The notes: generated from the letters alone by a model not told the origin. A stretch of DNA of 64,000 bases from Candidatus Kapaibacterium sp. (GCA_963665665.1 OY762428.1:5394199-5458198); one strand, 5' to 3'. Shown: positions 8,952 to 19,800, counted from the stretch's first letter. A program made the numbers and translations.

Positions 8952-11525
8952 TCATCTGTTCAGAACAACTGTTTCGCTGTATTTTTTACCACCCACACTT
9001 ATATTTACTATATAAGTCCCTGATGATAATTTCATTCCTGTAGCATCGCATCCGTTCCATTCAAGCGAATAATTCCTTGCAGGAAGGCTTCCATTATGTA
9101 AATCTGCAAGCTTTCTTCCGCTAATATCATAAACAGAACATGTAACATTCTGTCCTGCATTCCTGCTGTCAACACGGAAGAATATTGTAGTAGATTCAAC
9201 AAAGGGGTTAGGATATGAATTTATCTCGAAAGGATTTTCTGATTCTTCTTCAACTCCGGTAGCCACTGTAGGCAGTGATAACGGAGCATTGCTTCTTATA
9301 GCTCCTTTATCATCTGTCTGGTAAAGATCGCATATTTCAGGGCGCATAACGGCATATTGCTGCTCTTCTGTGAAATTATCAGTCCAAATTTCATCAGTCA
9401 ATCTTTTGAAGTTCAGGCTAATGTGTTCGTAGTAGCTCATTACGGGACCCACATAAGCAGTTTCTTCCCCATCTTCATTTTCATTGTATATTACGCAAAG
9501 ATTTAACGGCCCGGTACCAACATGCAATACCTTACCAACCGGGTTGCCGGCTTCATCAGTAGGCTGCGTATGAACGTCTGCAACAACGTAGTCGACAGTA
9601 TTCATTGCATCGCCAAAATCGAGATAAAGGTCTGCATACCAGCCTGTTGGAGTAACAACACAGCCCATACTTTCGCTGTAGAACCTTCCGAGGAATCCGT
9701 TCTCAGCATCGCTTAACAGATCTCCTGCAAGCATCTTAGTGGAAATTGTATAACATGTATCATTGATATTCTTCATATTGTCAAGATATCGGAATATCAT
9801 CTGAATTCTCCATGAATCATATCCTTCAAGAGATTCTTTGAAAATATCACTCGCATTTTGAGAAAGATCAATAAAAGCCTTATACAAATCAGGGTTGGGC
9901 TCCAGGAAAACATGCGGGAATGAACATGTAGCGCCGCCGGTATAGCTTTGTTTTGCGTAAAGCAGGTTGTCATGGCGAAGCTGTGCCCAGGAAGCAAGCT
10001 GAGTATTTATCTGGCTCTGCTGCCAGTTAGCTGTCTGCATAAATTCCGGGAATTTTTTTAGTTCTGCTTTTTCCGGAGCGTTTAGTGTTCTGATAACATT
10101 CAGCCATGAATTATATATAGATGATGTCCAGAAATCATCTTTATAAGAATCAATGAGGTATCTCATTGCAGCAAGATTACTGCCATACGGATACTCTTCC
10201 ATTTCGTCTTTCAGCAGATAAGAAGCAGCATTATTCCCCAATGCAAATATCACATCAAGAGATGAAGGCATCATTCTCATTACTTTTTTGTTTTCAAATA
10301 GAATCCTGTCGTAAACAACATTGCTGAAAACATAGGAATCAATAACAAAACGCTGGCCAAATAGCATAAATGCAGAGGCAGGTTCAATCTGATCAGGTGT
10401 TAGCGGGTCTGACATTAATATCTGGGACAAAATCTTCTGGCCGGCATAAGATTTTGTTTTAAGAAGGTCTTTGAACTCTTCGCACTTTTCAAGGCTTGTC
10501 AAATCCCGGGGGCCTGAAATAGAAAGTTCACCGGCAAGTTCTATCATGTGATTAACTTTTACGTTATCACTTTCACCAACCATAGTAGTAATGATAGCAT
10601 CCATGTTGTCAAGATTTTCACCAGCGCCTGAACTCTCAGTAGATTTTGCTATAAGATAAGAACCAATAATCTGCCTGCGGATATCTTCGGGTGTTTGTTT
10701 CGGGCAGTCATCCGATTTCGGAGCAATAAGATAAAATTCCGTTCTGCCAAGCCAGATCATCGATTTGAAATATTTTTTCAATACTTCAGTATCAGTATAA
10801 TGTCCCCTTGGTGTAAACTGGCTGAAATCAATTGTCCTGGCAGTAGTTGAAAACAATTTATATACGCCAGGTTTCTCATTGTTGATCATCTGCATCAACT
10901 TAGCGATCTCGGATTCGTTTTCAGAGAAATAACAGGGATGTTTTGTACCTGTCAGCAAATCGTGAGCGATTGTGTAATAAACATCCATATCCATCAATGA
11001 GGTTTTAATAATCTCATCGGATCCGTATTCCATATCAAGTCTGCCAAGATCATTTCTTAAAGCTGATAACGCTCCGTCTAATTCATCAATTAATATCTCG
11101 GTTTCGAGATACTTCAATATCTGATCGTAAGACATGTGGAAAGCATGGAGAAATGCGTCGCTTGTTATAAACAATGGCAGGTCATTGTGCCAGATGTTTG
11201 AATAAGCATGGCCGAAAGAAGTGCTGAAATCATCAATATCTCTTCCACTGACAACAAAATTATACTTTTCAAGCATTTCCTTTTCATCATTAGTAAGGCC
11301 GTATTTCCCGAAAATACTATCCGCATATTCAGGAAGGTCATCATTCAGCGCTTTGTCCAGATAAATCCCCGGAGGATACATCTGCTGTAACTGCGAGTTA
11401 GTCATATCCTGATTGTCATTTAAAAACTTCACGTAATTCTCAACCGAGAAATCATCCGAGTAGATTTTCCCGAAAGAAGCGAAAAGAATCAGGATAAAAG
11501 CCGTCGTAAAAATCTTTTTACCCAT
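8952..11525 (-). CDS. DUF3160-family protein with C-terminal T9SS/FlgD-Ig domain
   Basis: LPLFITSDAFLHAFH, DFSQFTPRGHYT, LASWAQLRHDNLLYAKQSY, VADVHT; C-terminal SYPNPF...VYDISGR...WNG...SGTYIV. Start moved from 11654 to ATG 11525, which gives a signal peptide. Confidence 0.85.
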   Translation of the reverse strand: MGKKIFTTAFILILFASFGKIYSDDFSVENYVKFLNDNQDMTNSQLQQMYPPGIYLDKALNDDLPEYADSIFGKYGLTNDEKEMLEKYNFVVSGRDIDDFSTSFGHAYSNIWHNDLPLFITSDAFLHAFHMSYDQILKYLETEILIDELDGALSALRNDLGRLDMEYGSDEIIKTSLMDMDVYYTIAHDLLTGTKHPCYFSENESEIAKLMQMINNEKPGVYKLFSTTARTIDFSQFTPRGHYTDTEVLKKYFKSMIWLGRTEFYLIAPKSDDCPKQTPEDIRRQIIGSYLIAKSTESSGAGENLDNMDAIITTMVGESDNVKVNHMIELAGELSISGPRDLTSLEKCEEFKDLLKTKSYAGQKILSQILMSDPLTPDQIEPASAFMLFGQRFVIDSYVFSNVVYDRILFENKKVMRMMPSSLDVIFALGNNAASYLLKDEMEEYPYGSNLAAMRYLIDSYKDDFWTSSIYNSWLNVIRTLNAPEKAELKKFPEFMQTANWQQSQINTQLASWAQLRHDNLLYAKQSYTGGATCSFPHVFLEPNPDLYKAFIDLSQNASDIFKESLEGYDSWRIQMIFRYLDNMKNINDTCYTISTKMLAGDLLSDAENGFLGRFYSESMGCVVTPTGWYADLYLDFGDAMNTVDYVVADVHTQPTDEAGNPVGKVLHVGTGPLNLCVIYNENEDGEETAYVGPVMSYYEHISLNFKRLTDEIWTDNFTEEQQYAVMRPEICDLYQTDDKGAIRSNAPLSLPTVATGVEEESENPFEINSYPNPFVESTTIFFRVDSRNAGQNVTCSVYDISGRKLADLHNGSLPARNYSLEWNGCDATGMKLSSGTYIVNISVGGKKYSETVVLNR

Positions 11526-11692
11526 TTTTTTTACCTCAACTGTTAATGTTAGTAAAATTAAAATATAATAAAAACAAGTACTTGTGTCAACACATTTCTT
11601 GTTTTGATGGGATTTTTTTTCAAATTTTTTCGAATTTTCCCATCCCTTTACCATAGATTAACAGATTTGCAAAAAAAAGTTCCGCGCAAGCC

Positions 11693-11722
11693 AAAAAAAA
11701 TGAGCGGAAGTAACCGCCCATT
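11693..11722 (-). terminator. Intrinsic terminator after the OsmC gene
   Basis: GCGG/CCGC stem with A-tract on plus strand (U-tract on minus). Confidence 0.5.
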
Positions 11723-11767
11723 TAGGAAAATAAATTATAACATCGTTCTATTTCAGGTTGTTAGATT

Positions 11768-12202
11768 CTAATTCATTGATACTTCAGCAACTTCTTTTCT
11801 TTCAACCTCGGTTGTATAAACATCAAATGCCGGTGGATTTTCCATATATTGCTTTACTGCACATAGATTAGCAGCATTCACAAGAGCACCTTTATATTTT
11901 TCCGGGAAGCCCTTTGGCACCTGAATATCCAGAGCAATTGTGCCGATTCTTCTTTTTATCGGATCCCACTGGATTTTTTGTTCAATTTCTACTCCCTCGG
12001 TTGGAAGGTTTCGGCTCTGAAGAAAACTTAATACATATATTCCGGCGCAAGTTCCAAGCGATGCAAGAAAATAATCAAACGGGGCCGGAGCAGTACCATC
12101 GCCTCCACCCTGCCTTGCCTGGTCGGTATGAACTGTAAAACCATTAAAATTTGCATCTACTTTTTTGTTTCCGGGAAATGTAATCTTCATCATTTTTTTC
12201 AC
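11768..12202 (-). CDS. OsmC/Ohr-family protein
   Basis: TDQ...GGDGTAPAPFDYFLASLGTCAG and second Cys in LCAVK. Confidence 0.9.
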   Translation of the reverse strand: MKKMMKITFPGNKKVDANFNGFTVHTDQARQGGGDGTAPAPFDYFLASLGTCAGIYVLSFLQSRNLPTEGVEIEQKIQWDPIKRRIGTIALDIQVPKGFPEKYKGALVNAANLCAVKQYMENPPAFDVYTTEVERKEVAEVSMN

Positions 12203-12342
12203 CTATATTTAATTTTTTTAAAATTATATTATTAAATTGATTTTTTTACTGTGTGAATTTTAGTATTTAAATTATTTATATTACCAATTGGTAATATAGT
12301 CGAAATATCCGGCATTTTATTTGAACGAATTTATAACAAAAT

Positions 12343-13368
12343 ATGAAAAAAATTTTATCCCTCTCGATTACAGCATTTGTAAGTATTTTATTATTATCAA
12401 TTTATATACTATACAGCACAAACAACATCCCGGTTGTAAACTCTGTTATTGAACTCAATATTAAGAAGGGCAGCAGTTTTTTATCTGTAATTGAACTTGC
12501 AGAAAGCAAAGGCGTACTAAAACCGGCATGGCTTTTTAAACTTATCGGACGATATGTTGATAAAACCGAAGGCTCAAAGATTATTGCAGGTTACTATGAA
12601 ATTCCGCCGGGCCTCACGAATCTGGAAATTCTCAAGGCCTTGATGAATGGTAAATATCTGAGTACTATACGTCTTACTTTTACAGAAGGAAGAAGTTATT
12701 TGGATTACGCAGATATAATATCGCGAAAATCAAAAGTTGACGCTGATACATTCAAATACCTCTGTAAATCGGATTCCCTACTGAAGGCAAGGAAAATCCC
12801 GGCAAAAAATGTTGAAGGTTATCTTATGCCGGATACTTATGAATTTTTCTCCAACGCAACTCCTGAACAACTTATTGACAAGCTGCTGGACGAAGCTGAA
12901 TTCTTTTGGTGCGAAACAAGGCTGGGGCAACTGAAAATATTGAAACGATCCAAGCACGAAATCCTGACTCTTGCCTCAATTATCGAGGCAGAAGCCATTG
13001 TTGCTGACGAAAAACAAAGAATAAGCGGAGTATATCACAACCGGTTAAAACGCGGCTGGCTTCTTCAGGCAGACCCAACGGTTCAGTTTGCAATAGGGGA
13101 AAAAAGAAAATTATTATACAAAGACCTTGACTTTGATCACCCATACAATACATATATGTATTCCGGGCTTCCACCGGCGCCGATAAACTGCCCAGGCAGA
13201 TCATCAATACTCGCAGCATTGAATCCTGAACAGCATGGATACATGTATTTTGTTGCTGTCGGCGACGGAAGTCACAGGCATAATTTTTCCCAAACACTTG
13301 CCGGGCACAACAGGTATAAGCGTATATTCAAAGCAAATGTAAAGGCATCACGAAACAGGGCACAATAG
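12343..13368 (+). CDS. mltG: Endolytic transglycosylase MltG (YceG family)
   Basis: N-terminal TM; EGYLMPDTY, LASIIEAE, LQADPT, PYNTY, GLPPAPI, YMYFVA motifs. Confidence 0.95.
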   Translation: MKKILSLSITAFVSILLLSIYILYSTNNIPVVNSVIELNIKKGSSFLSVIELAESKGVLKPAWLFKLIGRYVDKTEGSKIIAGYYEIPPGLTNLEILKALMNGKYLSTIRLTFTEGRSYLDYADIISRKSKVDADTFKYLCKSDSLLKARKIPAKNVEGYLMPDTYEFFSNATPEQLIDKLLDEAEFFWCETRLGQLKILKRSKHEILTLASIIEAEAIVADEKQRISGVYHNRLKRGWLLQADPTVQFAIGEKRKLLYKDLDFDHPYNTYMYSGLPPAPINCPGRSSILAALNPEQHGYMYFVAVGDGSHRHNFSQTLAGHNRYKRIFKANVKASRNRAQ

Positions 13369-13528
13369 ATATATCGATGAATTACAAAAACTTAGTGATC
13401 AGTAGACAGTTATTTATTAAAAATTAATTTTTATAATTGTAATATTTTTTGTTTTTTGTGGTTCTAAATTGTGTAATATTTTACACACTTTGGATTAGAA
13501 TGTTATTTTCCTGTATTCGGGGACACAG

Positions 13529-14326
13529 ATGAAAGATTGGTTTCTTAGAAAATTTAAACTGCTAATATCAGTTCTTCTGCTAATATCGCTAATACCTTTA
13601 GCTCCTGTAACTCTTGATGCCAGGAAAAGAAATAAAAAAGCAAATGTAAGAAAACAAGCGATTGAAACAATCAGAAGCAGTTCGGAAATTGTAAGTGAAT
13701 TAGCCGGACTGGAACCTGATATTCAAGAGGATACTCTTACAATTACAGACGAAACATGCCTGTTCGATGAAGGTGAAATACCGGAAGAGCTTGAAGAAGA
13801 AGACGACATCACTGTTGACCTTGAAACATTCAAAACTCTCTGGCTTTCCTTTGTATCCGACGACGAAGATGAAGAATTTACCTACGCCGGTGTCCGTAAA
13901 TCCGAAATTATGGATATTATCATGGACTGGCTCGGTACCAGATACCGTTACGGCGGGGTAACAGCCAGGGGTATTGATTGTTCTGCTTTCATGAGGCTTA
14001 TATACCGTGAAACTGCCAATATTGAACTGCCTCGTACTGCGAGGGTTCAGTGGCTTGTAGGTGATCATATACAAATAGATCGTCTGGAATTTGGGGATTT
14101 GGTATTTTTCCACACCCGCCGCAGGTATTATGTTTCTCACGTTGGTATTTATCTGGGCGATAATCTTTTTGCTCATGCAAGCTCAAGGTACGGTGTTACT
14201 GTATCTTCACTTGAAAGTAAATACTACAGTAAAAGATTTATTGGAGCCAGAAGAATTACACCGAGAGAAATTGAAGAATTAAGCAGGAATAAAAACCAGG
14301 ACTCGGTACTAACCTCAAAGAATTAA
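13529..14326 (+). CDS. NlpC/P60 (C40) peptidoglycan endopeptidase
   Basis: WLGTRYRYGG, GIDCSAF, LPRTA, GDLVFF, SHVGIYLG, FAHASS. Confidence 0.93.
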   Translation: MKDWFLRKFKLLISVLLLISLIPLAPVTLDARKRNKKANVRKQAIETIRSSSEIVSELAGLEPDIQEDTLTITDETCLFDEGEIPEELEEEDDITVDLETFKTLWLSFVSDDEDEEFTYAGVRKSEIMDIIMDWLGTRYRYGGVTARGIDCSAFMRLIYRETANIELPRTARVQWLVGDHIQIDRLEFGDLVFFHTRRRYYVSHVGIYLGDNLFAHASSRYGVTVSSLESKYYSKRFIGARRITPREIEELSRNKNQDSVLTSKN

Positions 14327-14348
14327 TCTGGCCTGAAATATTTAAAAG

Positions 14349-14380
14349 AAGCCTGAATTTATTGATATAAGTTCAGGCTT
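14349..14380. terminator. Bidirectional intrinsic terminator
   Basis: AAGCCTGAA...TTCAGGCTT between convergent genes. Confidence 0.75.
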
Positions 14381-14404
14381 TTTAAAATAATATCGGGGGT
14401 CTTT

Positions 14405-15604
14405 TTACACTCCGGGCAATGTAAAGCAAACACATGTTCCCTTCCATTGTTCACTTTCTATCCAAAGTTCGCCATTATTTTTCTGTATAAATTCCCTGCA
14501 AAGAATCAACCCCAAACCGGTACCACTTTCATTTTCGGTACCTTTTGTGGTATGATGTTCTTCAATTTTGAATGCTTTTTCAATATCTTCGCCAGACATT
14601 CCAATCCCTGTATCTTTAACTTTGATAAGAATATCATCTCCTCGTTCTTCAGCCACAATGGATATCGTACCGTCCCTTTCGGTAAATTTTATTGAATTGG
14701 AGACCAAATTCCTTATTACTGTATTTACAGAATTAATATCAGCAAAAACCATCAAATCATCTGATACTTCACATATCAAATCAATATTCTTATTTTTTGC
14801 ATTCATATTTAGCAAGGAAATAACATCTTCTGTGATATTTTTAAGGTGGAAAGGTTCCGGAGAAACACTGAGGCTTCCTGTTTGTGTTCGAGACCAGTCA
14901 AGAAGGTTCTCCAGAAGCTCATAAAGATTTTTTGCTGAATCATTCATTAAGGTTAGGAATTCCAATTTATCTTCTTCATCCATTTCATCATAATCCTGAA
15001 CAAGTAATTCAAGAATATTTTTAAAAGACCCAATCGGATTTTTCAGGTCATGAGCAATTATGGAGAAGAAGGTATCTTTTGTACTGTTTGCTTCCTTTAA
15101 ATCCTTTTCAGATTTTGTTAAAGCCCTAAGTGCCTGACGTCTGTGAGTAATCTCTTCACTCAGTTTTTTATTATTCTGTTCAAGAATAGAATTTCTCTCT
15201 TTCTCCCTGTTTATAAACCTCATATACAATGTTATTAGCCTGGAAAGCTCGATTTCAGTAAAAGGTTTGGATAAGTAGTCAATACCACCGGATTCAAAGC
15301 CATATTTCATTTTTTCCTTAGTAGGATCGCTGGCAGTCATGAAAACTATCGGAATATGAGCAAACCTGTCCTGGGACCTGATTATACGAGATGCCTTAAA
15401 ACCGTCAACCTCAGGCATTATAACATCCATGAGTATTAAATCAATTTCATGATTACCGATTAGCCTGAGCGCAGCCATAGCATGTTCTGCCTCGAAAACT
15501 TCAATATCTAAATTTCTTTTAATCATATTGACAATAGTTTTTCTTGTTATTTCACTATCATCAACGATAAGAATTTCAAATTTTTTTTCGGTTTTATCAG
15601 CCAT
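14405..15604 (-). CDS. Hybrid response regulator-histidine kinase (REC-HisKA-HATPase), copy B
   Basis: ILIVDD, DLILMDVIMP, KPF; FFSIIAHDLKNP H-box; NLVSNSIKF, DTGIGM, GTGLGL. Likely start ATG 15604. Confidence 0.93.
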   Translation of the reverse strand: MADKTEKKFEILIVDDSEITRKTIVNMIKRNLDIEVFEAEHAMAALRLIGNHEIDLILMDVIMPEVDGFKASRIIRSQDRFAHIPIVFMTASDPTKEKMKYGFESGGIDYLSKPFTEIELSRLITLYMRFINREKERNSILEQNNKKLSEEITHRRQALRALTKSEKDLKEANSTKDTFFSIIAHDLKNPIGSFKNILELLVQDYDEMDEEDKLEFLTLMNDSAKNLYELLENLLDWSRTQTGSLSVSPEPFHLKNITEDVISLLNMNAKNKNIDLICEVSDDLMVFADINSVNTVIRNLVSNSIKFTERDGTISIVAEERGDDILIKVKDTGIGMSGEDIEKAFKIEEHHTTKGTENESGTGLGLILCREFIQKNNGELWIESEQWKGTCVCFTLPGV

Positions 15605-15705
15605 CTTTGTACCCCGTAAAAAATTATTATTTATTAATTCATTTACGGAAAGTACGAAAAAATATTTATTGTTTTTATATTTTTTAACAGAATTATTTAA
15701 TTTAT

Positions 15706-16914
15706 TCAATCAAGCTTTGCAGCTGGAACTGTAAAACACACTCCGGTACCGTCTCCCTCATCGCTTTCTATCCAAAGTTCGCCTTTGTTTTTTTCAACAA
15801 ATTCCTTGCAAAGGATTAGCCCCAGTCCCGTACCGGCCTCGTCGTTAGTTCCCCTTGTAGTATGGTGAGTATCAATTCTGAAAACTTTATCAATATCTTC
15901 CCTGCTCATACCAACGCCACTATCCTTAACCATTACCATGTAGTTATCCTTAATTTGTCCGGCACTAATCAAGATATTACCGCCTTCAGGAGTAAATTTT
16001 ATTGCATTTGAAATTAAATTTCTAATAACGGTTCTCAGGCTGTTCATATCAGCAAAAACCTTCACTTCATGGGGGATAATATTTGAAATTCTAATATTTT
16101 TCTTCTCTGCATTCATTTCCAACAGAGATATTGATAATTGAGATAATTTCCTTAAAGAAATGGCTTCCGGTTCAATTGTAAGCTTACCTGTTTGAGTTCT
16201 CGACCAATCAAGAAGATTCTCAAGCAACTGGTATAAAATTTTAGCAGAATTGTTCAAAGCTGTAATAAATTCAAACTTTTCCTCTTCTACCATCTCCTTG
16301 AAATCTTCTACAAGCATCTGGAGAATATTTTTAAAAGACCCAAGCGGATTTTTCAGGTCGTGGGCGATTATTGAAAAGAATGTATCTTTTGTCCTGTTAG
16401 CTTCCTTTAATTCTTTTTCAGATGATTTAAGATCAAGTACTGCCTTTTGTCTCTTGGCAATTTCTTCATTTAGTTTTAAATTATTATCTTCAAGAATTGA
16501 ATTAATGTGCCTTTCACGCTTGATAAACCTGATATAAAGATTTACAAGCCGAAGTAATTCAATCCTTGTAAATGGCTTTATCAAATAATCAATACCACCG
16601 GATTCAAACCCTTTTTCCATTACTTCCTCGGTCGGCTCGGATTCAGTCATGAACACTAAGGGTATATGCTGATATTTTTCTGTTTCATGAATAATCTGTG
16701 ATGCTTTTATACCGTCAACTTCAGGCATCATAATATCCATAAGTACCAGGTCCACATTTTTATTATGAATAATCCCCATAGCATTCAGTGCATTATCAGC
16801 CTCGTAAACAATCAACCCGCTGTTTTGGTTTAACATCTTTAGAATTGATTCCCTTGTTTTTGCATTGTCATCGACAATAAGAATCGAAAACTTGTTTTCA
16901 GGAGAATTTTTCAT
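15706..16914 (-). CDS. Hybrid response regulator-histidine kinase (REC-HisKA-HATPase), copy A
   Basis: Same architecture as its neighbour; AHDLKNP, NLISNAIKF, DSGVGM, GTGLGL. Confidence 0.93.
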   Translation of the reverse strand: MKNSPENKFSILIVDDNAKTRESILKMLNQNSGLIVYEADNALNAMGIIHNKNVDLVLMDIMMPEVDGIKASQIIHETEKYQHIPLVFMTESEPTEEVMEKGFESGGIDYLIKPFTRIELLRLVNLYIRFIKRERHINSILEDNNLKLNEEIAKRQKAVLDLKSSEKELKEANRTKDTFFSIIAHDLKNPLGSFKNILQMLVEDFKEMVEEEKFEFITALNNSAKILYQLLENLLDWSRTQTGKLTIEPEAISLRKLSQLSISLLEMNAEKKNIRISNIIPHEVKVFADMNSLRTVIRNLISNAIKFTPEGGNILISAGQIKDNYMVMVKDSGVGMSREDIDKVFRIDTHHTTRGTNDEAGTGLGLILCKEFVEKNKGELWIESDEGDGTGVCFTVPAAKLD

Positions 16915-16931
16915 GATTTCACCAAGTGTTA

Positions 16932-17411
16932 TTATTCAGATAAGATAGAACCAGTAATTTCATTAAAATCAGGAATAGAATCAAGAAAAACTGCCTTACC
17001 GTTATACTGGTTAATTTTTGCAATATAATGTTCAATACCGTTTGTAACAATCATAAAATTTACATTTAATACGGAATTATACACTGCGGCCTGGTTGAAT
17101 GCAGCCTGAGTTATCTTAACATCAGGAGCCTTGAACTCTAATATCAACACGGGATATCCTGCCTTATTATAAAAAACAGCATCAAACCGTTTATTTCTAC
17201 CGGAGATTTTCAGGCTACGCTCTATGCTTAGCAATCCGGCAGGATAATTCAGATAATCTACAAGGTATACCAAAAAATTTTGCCTTACCCATTCTTCCGG
17301 AGTCAGAACAAGTTGCTTGTTCCTAAAGCGGTCGAAAACCATTAGCCTGCTCCCGGATTTATTTATACTAAGCCTGGTTTCCGGCAGGTTCAACTCCGGC
17401 AGGTTTGTCAT
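16932..17411 (-). CDS. Stand-alone type I restriction HsdR N-terminal-like domain protein
   Basis: LTPEEWVRQ, RFDAV...ILEFKAP, QAAVYN, IVTNG PD-(D/E)xK pattern; 159 aa. Confidence 0.85.
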   Translation of the reverse strand: MTNLPELNLPETRLSINKSGSRLMVFDRFRNKQLVLTPEEWVRQNFLVYLVDYLNYPAGLLSIERSLKISGRNKRFDAVFYNKAGYPVLILEFKAPDVKITQAAFNQAAVYNSVLNVNFMIVTNGIEHYIAKINQYNGKAVFLDSIPDFNEITGSILSE

Positions 17412-17737
17412 ATTAATAGTTTATTATTGTTCAAATGCCTTTCTTTGTCTCTTTCCGATTTTTTCTTAAAATTCTTTTTCAATGCATCTGTTAAATCCGT
17501 ACCTGTTTGATTGGCAAGGCAAATCAACACCCAAAGAACATCTGCCATTTCATCAGCAAGGTTCAAATTCTCTTCACCTTCTTTGTAGGACTGGTCTCCA
17601 AATTTCCTTGCAAATATCCTTGCCAGTTCACCTACTTCCTCCGTAAGAATAGCCATGTTAGTCAATTCACTAAAATATCTTACTCCAGTTGTTTTAATCC
17701 ATTTGTCAACCTGCTTCTGTGCTTCTTCAATCGTCAT
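17408..17737 (-). CDS. MazG-like nucleotide pyrophosphohydrolase
   Basis: LTEEVGELAR...DEMADVLWVLICLANQTG. Confidence 0.92.
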   Translation of the reverse strand: MTIEEAQKQVDKWIKTTGVRYFSELTNMAILTEEVGELARIFARKFGDQSYKEGEENLNLADEMADVLWVLICLANQTGTDLTDALKKNFKKKSERDKERHLNNNKLLI

Positions 17738-17755
17738 AATTATTCCGTAATATTT

Positions 17756-18511
17756 CTAATCTATTCTTTTTCCAACGGCGGAAAGGTAAATCGTAAACTC
17801 ATCTTTTCCGTCAACACCAATCAGTTTATCTGTTTCTGCCTGGTAATAAGCACCAATGGCACATGTACCGGCATTAATCGCTTCACAGGCAATGTACAAA
17901 TTCTGGCAAACATGGCCGACATCAATAGCAATCACTTTTGCTGCTGCAAGATCATAACGCCATTCCATCCTGTATGGCAGGGCAGTCCAGGCAAACGTAA
18001 CAGCAGCTTCCCCGGCAAAAGGTTGATTCATTACTGCAAGCGATATCTTTGCACCAACATTTTCGTCCATTTTCAACATTATCAGAGAGTGTTCCAATGG
18101 TAAATACCTGTATAGACCTTTGGCCAGGCCTTCAACATTCATTACGCAGAGATATGTTTCAAATGCATGCCTGCATCCTGCCGAGGGTACAGTACGCAGG
18201 GCATGGCCTTCATCAATTACTCTTTTTATTCCCTGAGTAGCCCATATAAGAAATGAGAGTTCCTTCAGGGATAATGGCTTTTTACTGTAATTCCTTATAC
18301 TTTTTCGTCCGGCTAGGGCATCAAGAACATTTACATCCTTAAAATCAGTTTTGCCGAATTGCGGCAACTCGATAAATGAAGAATTCCCCGGGACTTTTTT
18401 CTGTAGTGGTGGTGCAGGAACCCCTCTGTTTTGTGGCGTTCCTCCAAAATCAATCTCCATCCTTATTGAATCTTTAAGAAAATACCGTAAATCGTCAATA
18501 GTTTTATTCAT
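17756..18511 (-). CDS. SagB/ThcOx-type nitroreductase-family oxidoreductase
   Basis: RKSIRNYS, LRTVPSAGCRH, IDVGHVCQNLY, GTCAIGAY; likely start ATG 18511. Confidence 0.88.
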   Translation of the reverse strand: MNKTIDDLRYFLKDSIRMEIDFGGTPQNRGVPAPPLQKKVPGNSSFIELPQFGKTDFKDVNVLDALAGRKSIRNYSKKPLSLKELSFLIWATQGIKRVIDEGHALRTVPSAGCRHAFETYLCVMNVEGLAKGLYRYLPLEHSLIMLKMDENVGAKISLAVMNQPFAGEAAVTFAWTALPYRMEWRYDLAAAKVIAIDVGHVCQNLYIACEAINAGTCAIGAYYQAETDKLIGVDGKDEFTIYLSAVGKRID

Positions 18512-18609
18512 AATCCCTTCCGTTAGTTCAACACATTGCAAGATAATAATTATATTACTAAAACGTAAAACTTCAAAATTAAATGTATCAGTATTTTCGG
18601 AATATTTTT

Positions 18610-19290
18610 ATGCAAACTGAAGAAATAATAGAAAAATTGAAATCAATGGGTAACCCCGTTTACTCAGATTCTAACAACAAGCTTGGTATAGAAGGAGTAA
18701 AAGTCCTCGGTGTAGGAGTAACAAAGATAAAAAAACTTGCAAAAGAAATTAAGAAGAACCATGAGTTAGCTTTGAAATTATGGGATGAACCTTATATTGA
18801 GACAAAATTATTATCAGTGTTTATTGAAAACCCAAAAGAAGTAAGCCTGGAACAGATCAAAGAACAAATTCCTAATTCACGTGGATTTATGCTGGCTGAT
18901 TATTATGCCGAATACATAACGGTTAAAACCAAATACACTGATGAACTGATTAAAGAATGGACAATTTCCGGGAACAATCATATCAAAAAAGCAGGATACG
19001 CATTATTATACATAAAAGCCAAAAAAGATAAAAAAGCTGATAATGATTTCTTCCGTCCCTTTATTCCGATAATCGAAAATGAACTTCAGGATTCTGAAAA
19101 CTGGGTAAAAGAATCAATGAATTATTGCCTTATGTATATTGGCGCAAGGAGTAAAGAATTAAATCAGTTATGCCTTGATGCAGCAAAGAAAATCGGTAAA
19201 GTCACAATTGATTACGGTGAAACATCATGCATGACAGTGGATTCGATCAAATTTCTGAAATCAGAAAATGTACAAAGAAAATTGTATTGA
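18610..19290 (+). CDS. DNA alkylation repair protein (AlkD-like)
   Basis: KKLAKEIKKNHELALKLW, WVKESMNYCL, IGKVTIDYGETSC motifs; likely start ATG 18610. Confidence 0.8.
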   Translation: MQTEEIIEKLKSMGNPVYSDSNNKLGIEGVKVLGVGVTKIKKLAKEIKKNHELALKLWDEPYIETKLLSVFIENPKEVSLEQIKEQIPNSRGFMLADYYAEYITVKTKYTDELIKEWTISGNNHIKKAGYALLYIKAKKDKKADNDFFRPFIPIIENELQDSENWVKESMNYCLMYIGARSKELNQLCLDAAKKIGKVTIDYGETSCMTVDSIKFLKSENVQRKLY

Positions 19291-19530
19291 CCGGATATTA
19301 ATTAATACCGCTTAAGCAGTAATTCAGTCTAAGGCTTATTAAACAAATCATGAAACCGCAGAATTTTTTTTCGCAGTGTTTGATTATTCCAATACGGATT
19401 ACAATACCTTCCAAACACTCCCCGAACTGCAGGGCTGCGCACTAAGCCACTCATATTGGCTTTTTACGATATTCTTTTACATTCAATAAACATATTTTAT
19501 TATAATATACCGGGATTATTAGCTATAGTT

Positions 19531-19800
19531 GCGTTGATTTGCCTCATCTGAGCGTTGGTTTGTCTCATCTGAGCGTTGGTTTGTCTCATCTGAGCGTTGG
19601 TTTGCCTCATCTGAACGTTGGTTTGCCTCATCTGAACGTTGGTTTGCCTCATCTGAACGTTGGTTTGCCTCATCTGAACGTTGGTTTGCCTCATCTGAGC
19701 GTTGGTTTGTCTCATCTGAGCGTTGGTTTGCCTCATCTGAGCGTTGGTTTGTCTCATCTGAGCGTTGGTTTGTCTCATCTGAGCGTTGGTTTGTCTCATC
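19531..19800. repeat. Tandem repeat, 13 units of 21 bp
   Basis: Unit (G/A)CGTTGGTTTG(T/C)CTCATCTGA repeated head-to-tail with no spacers; two main polymorphic positions. Confidence 0.97.

Noticed and set aside
16932-17737. Restriction or anti-phage system (HsdR_N + MazG)
   Set aside because: No helicase, methylase or specificity subunit; both small genes are common stand-alone genes in this lineage.
17756-18511. Azole-containing RiPP cluster (SagB-like gene)
   Set aside because: No YcaO cyclodehydratase, precursor peptide or transporter nearby; likely a generic nitroreductase.
19531-19800. CRISPR array
   Set aside because: Units are contiguous with no unique spacers, and there are no cas genes in the window.
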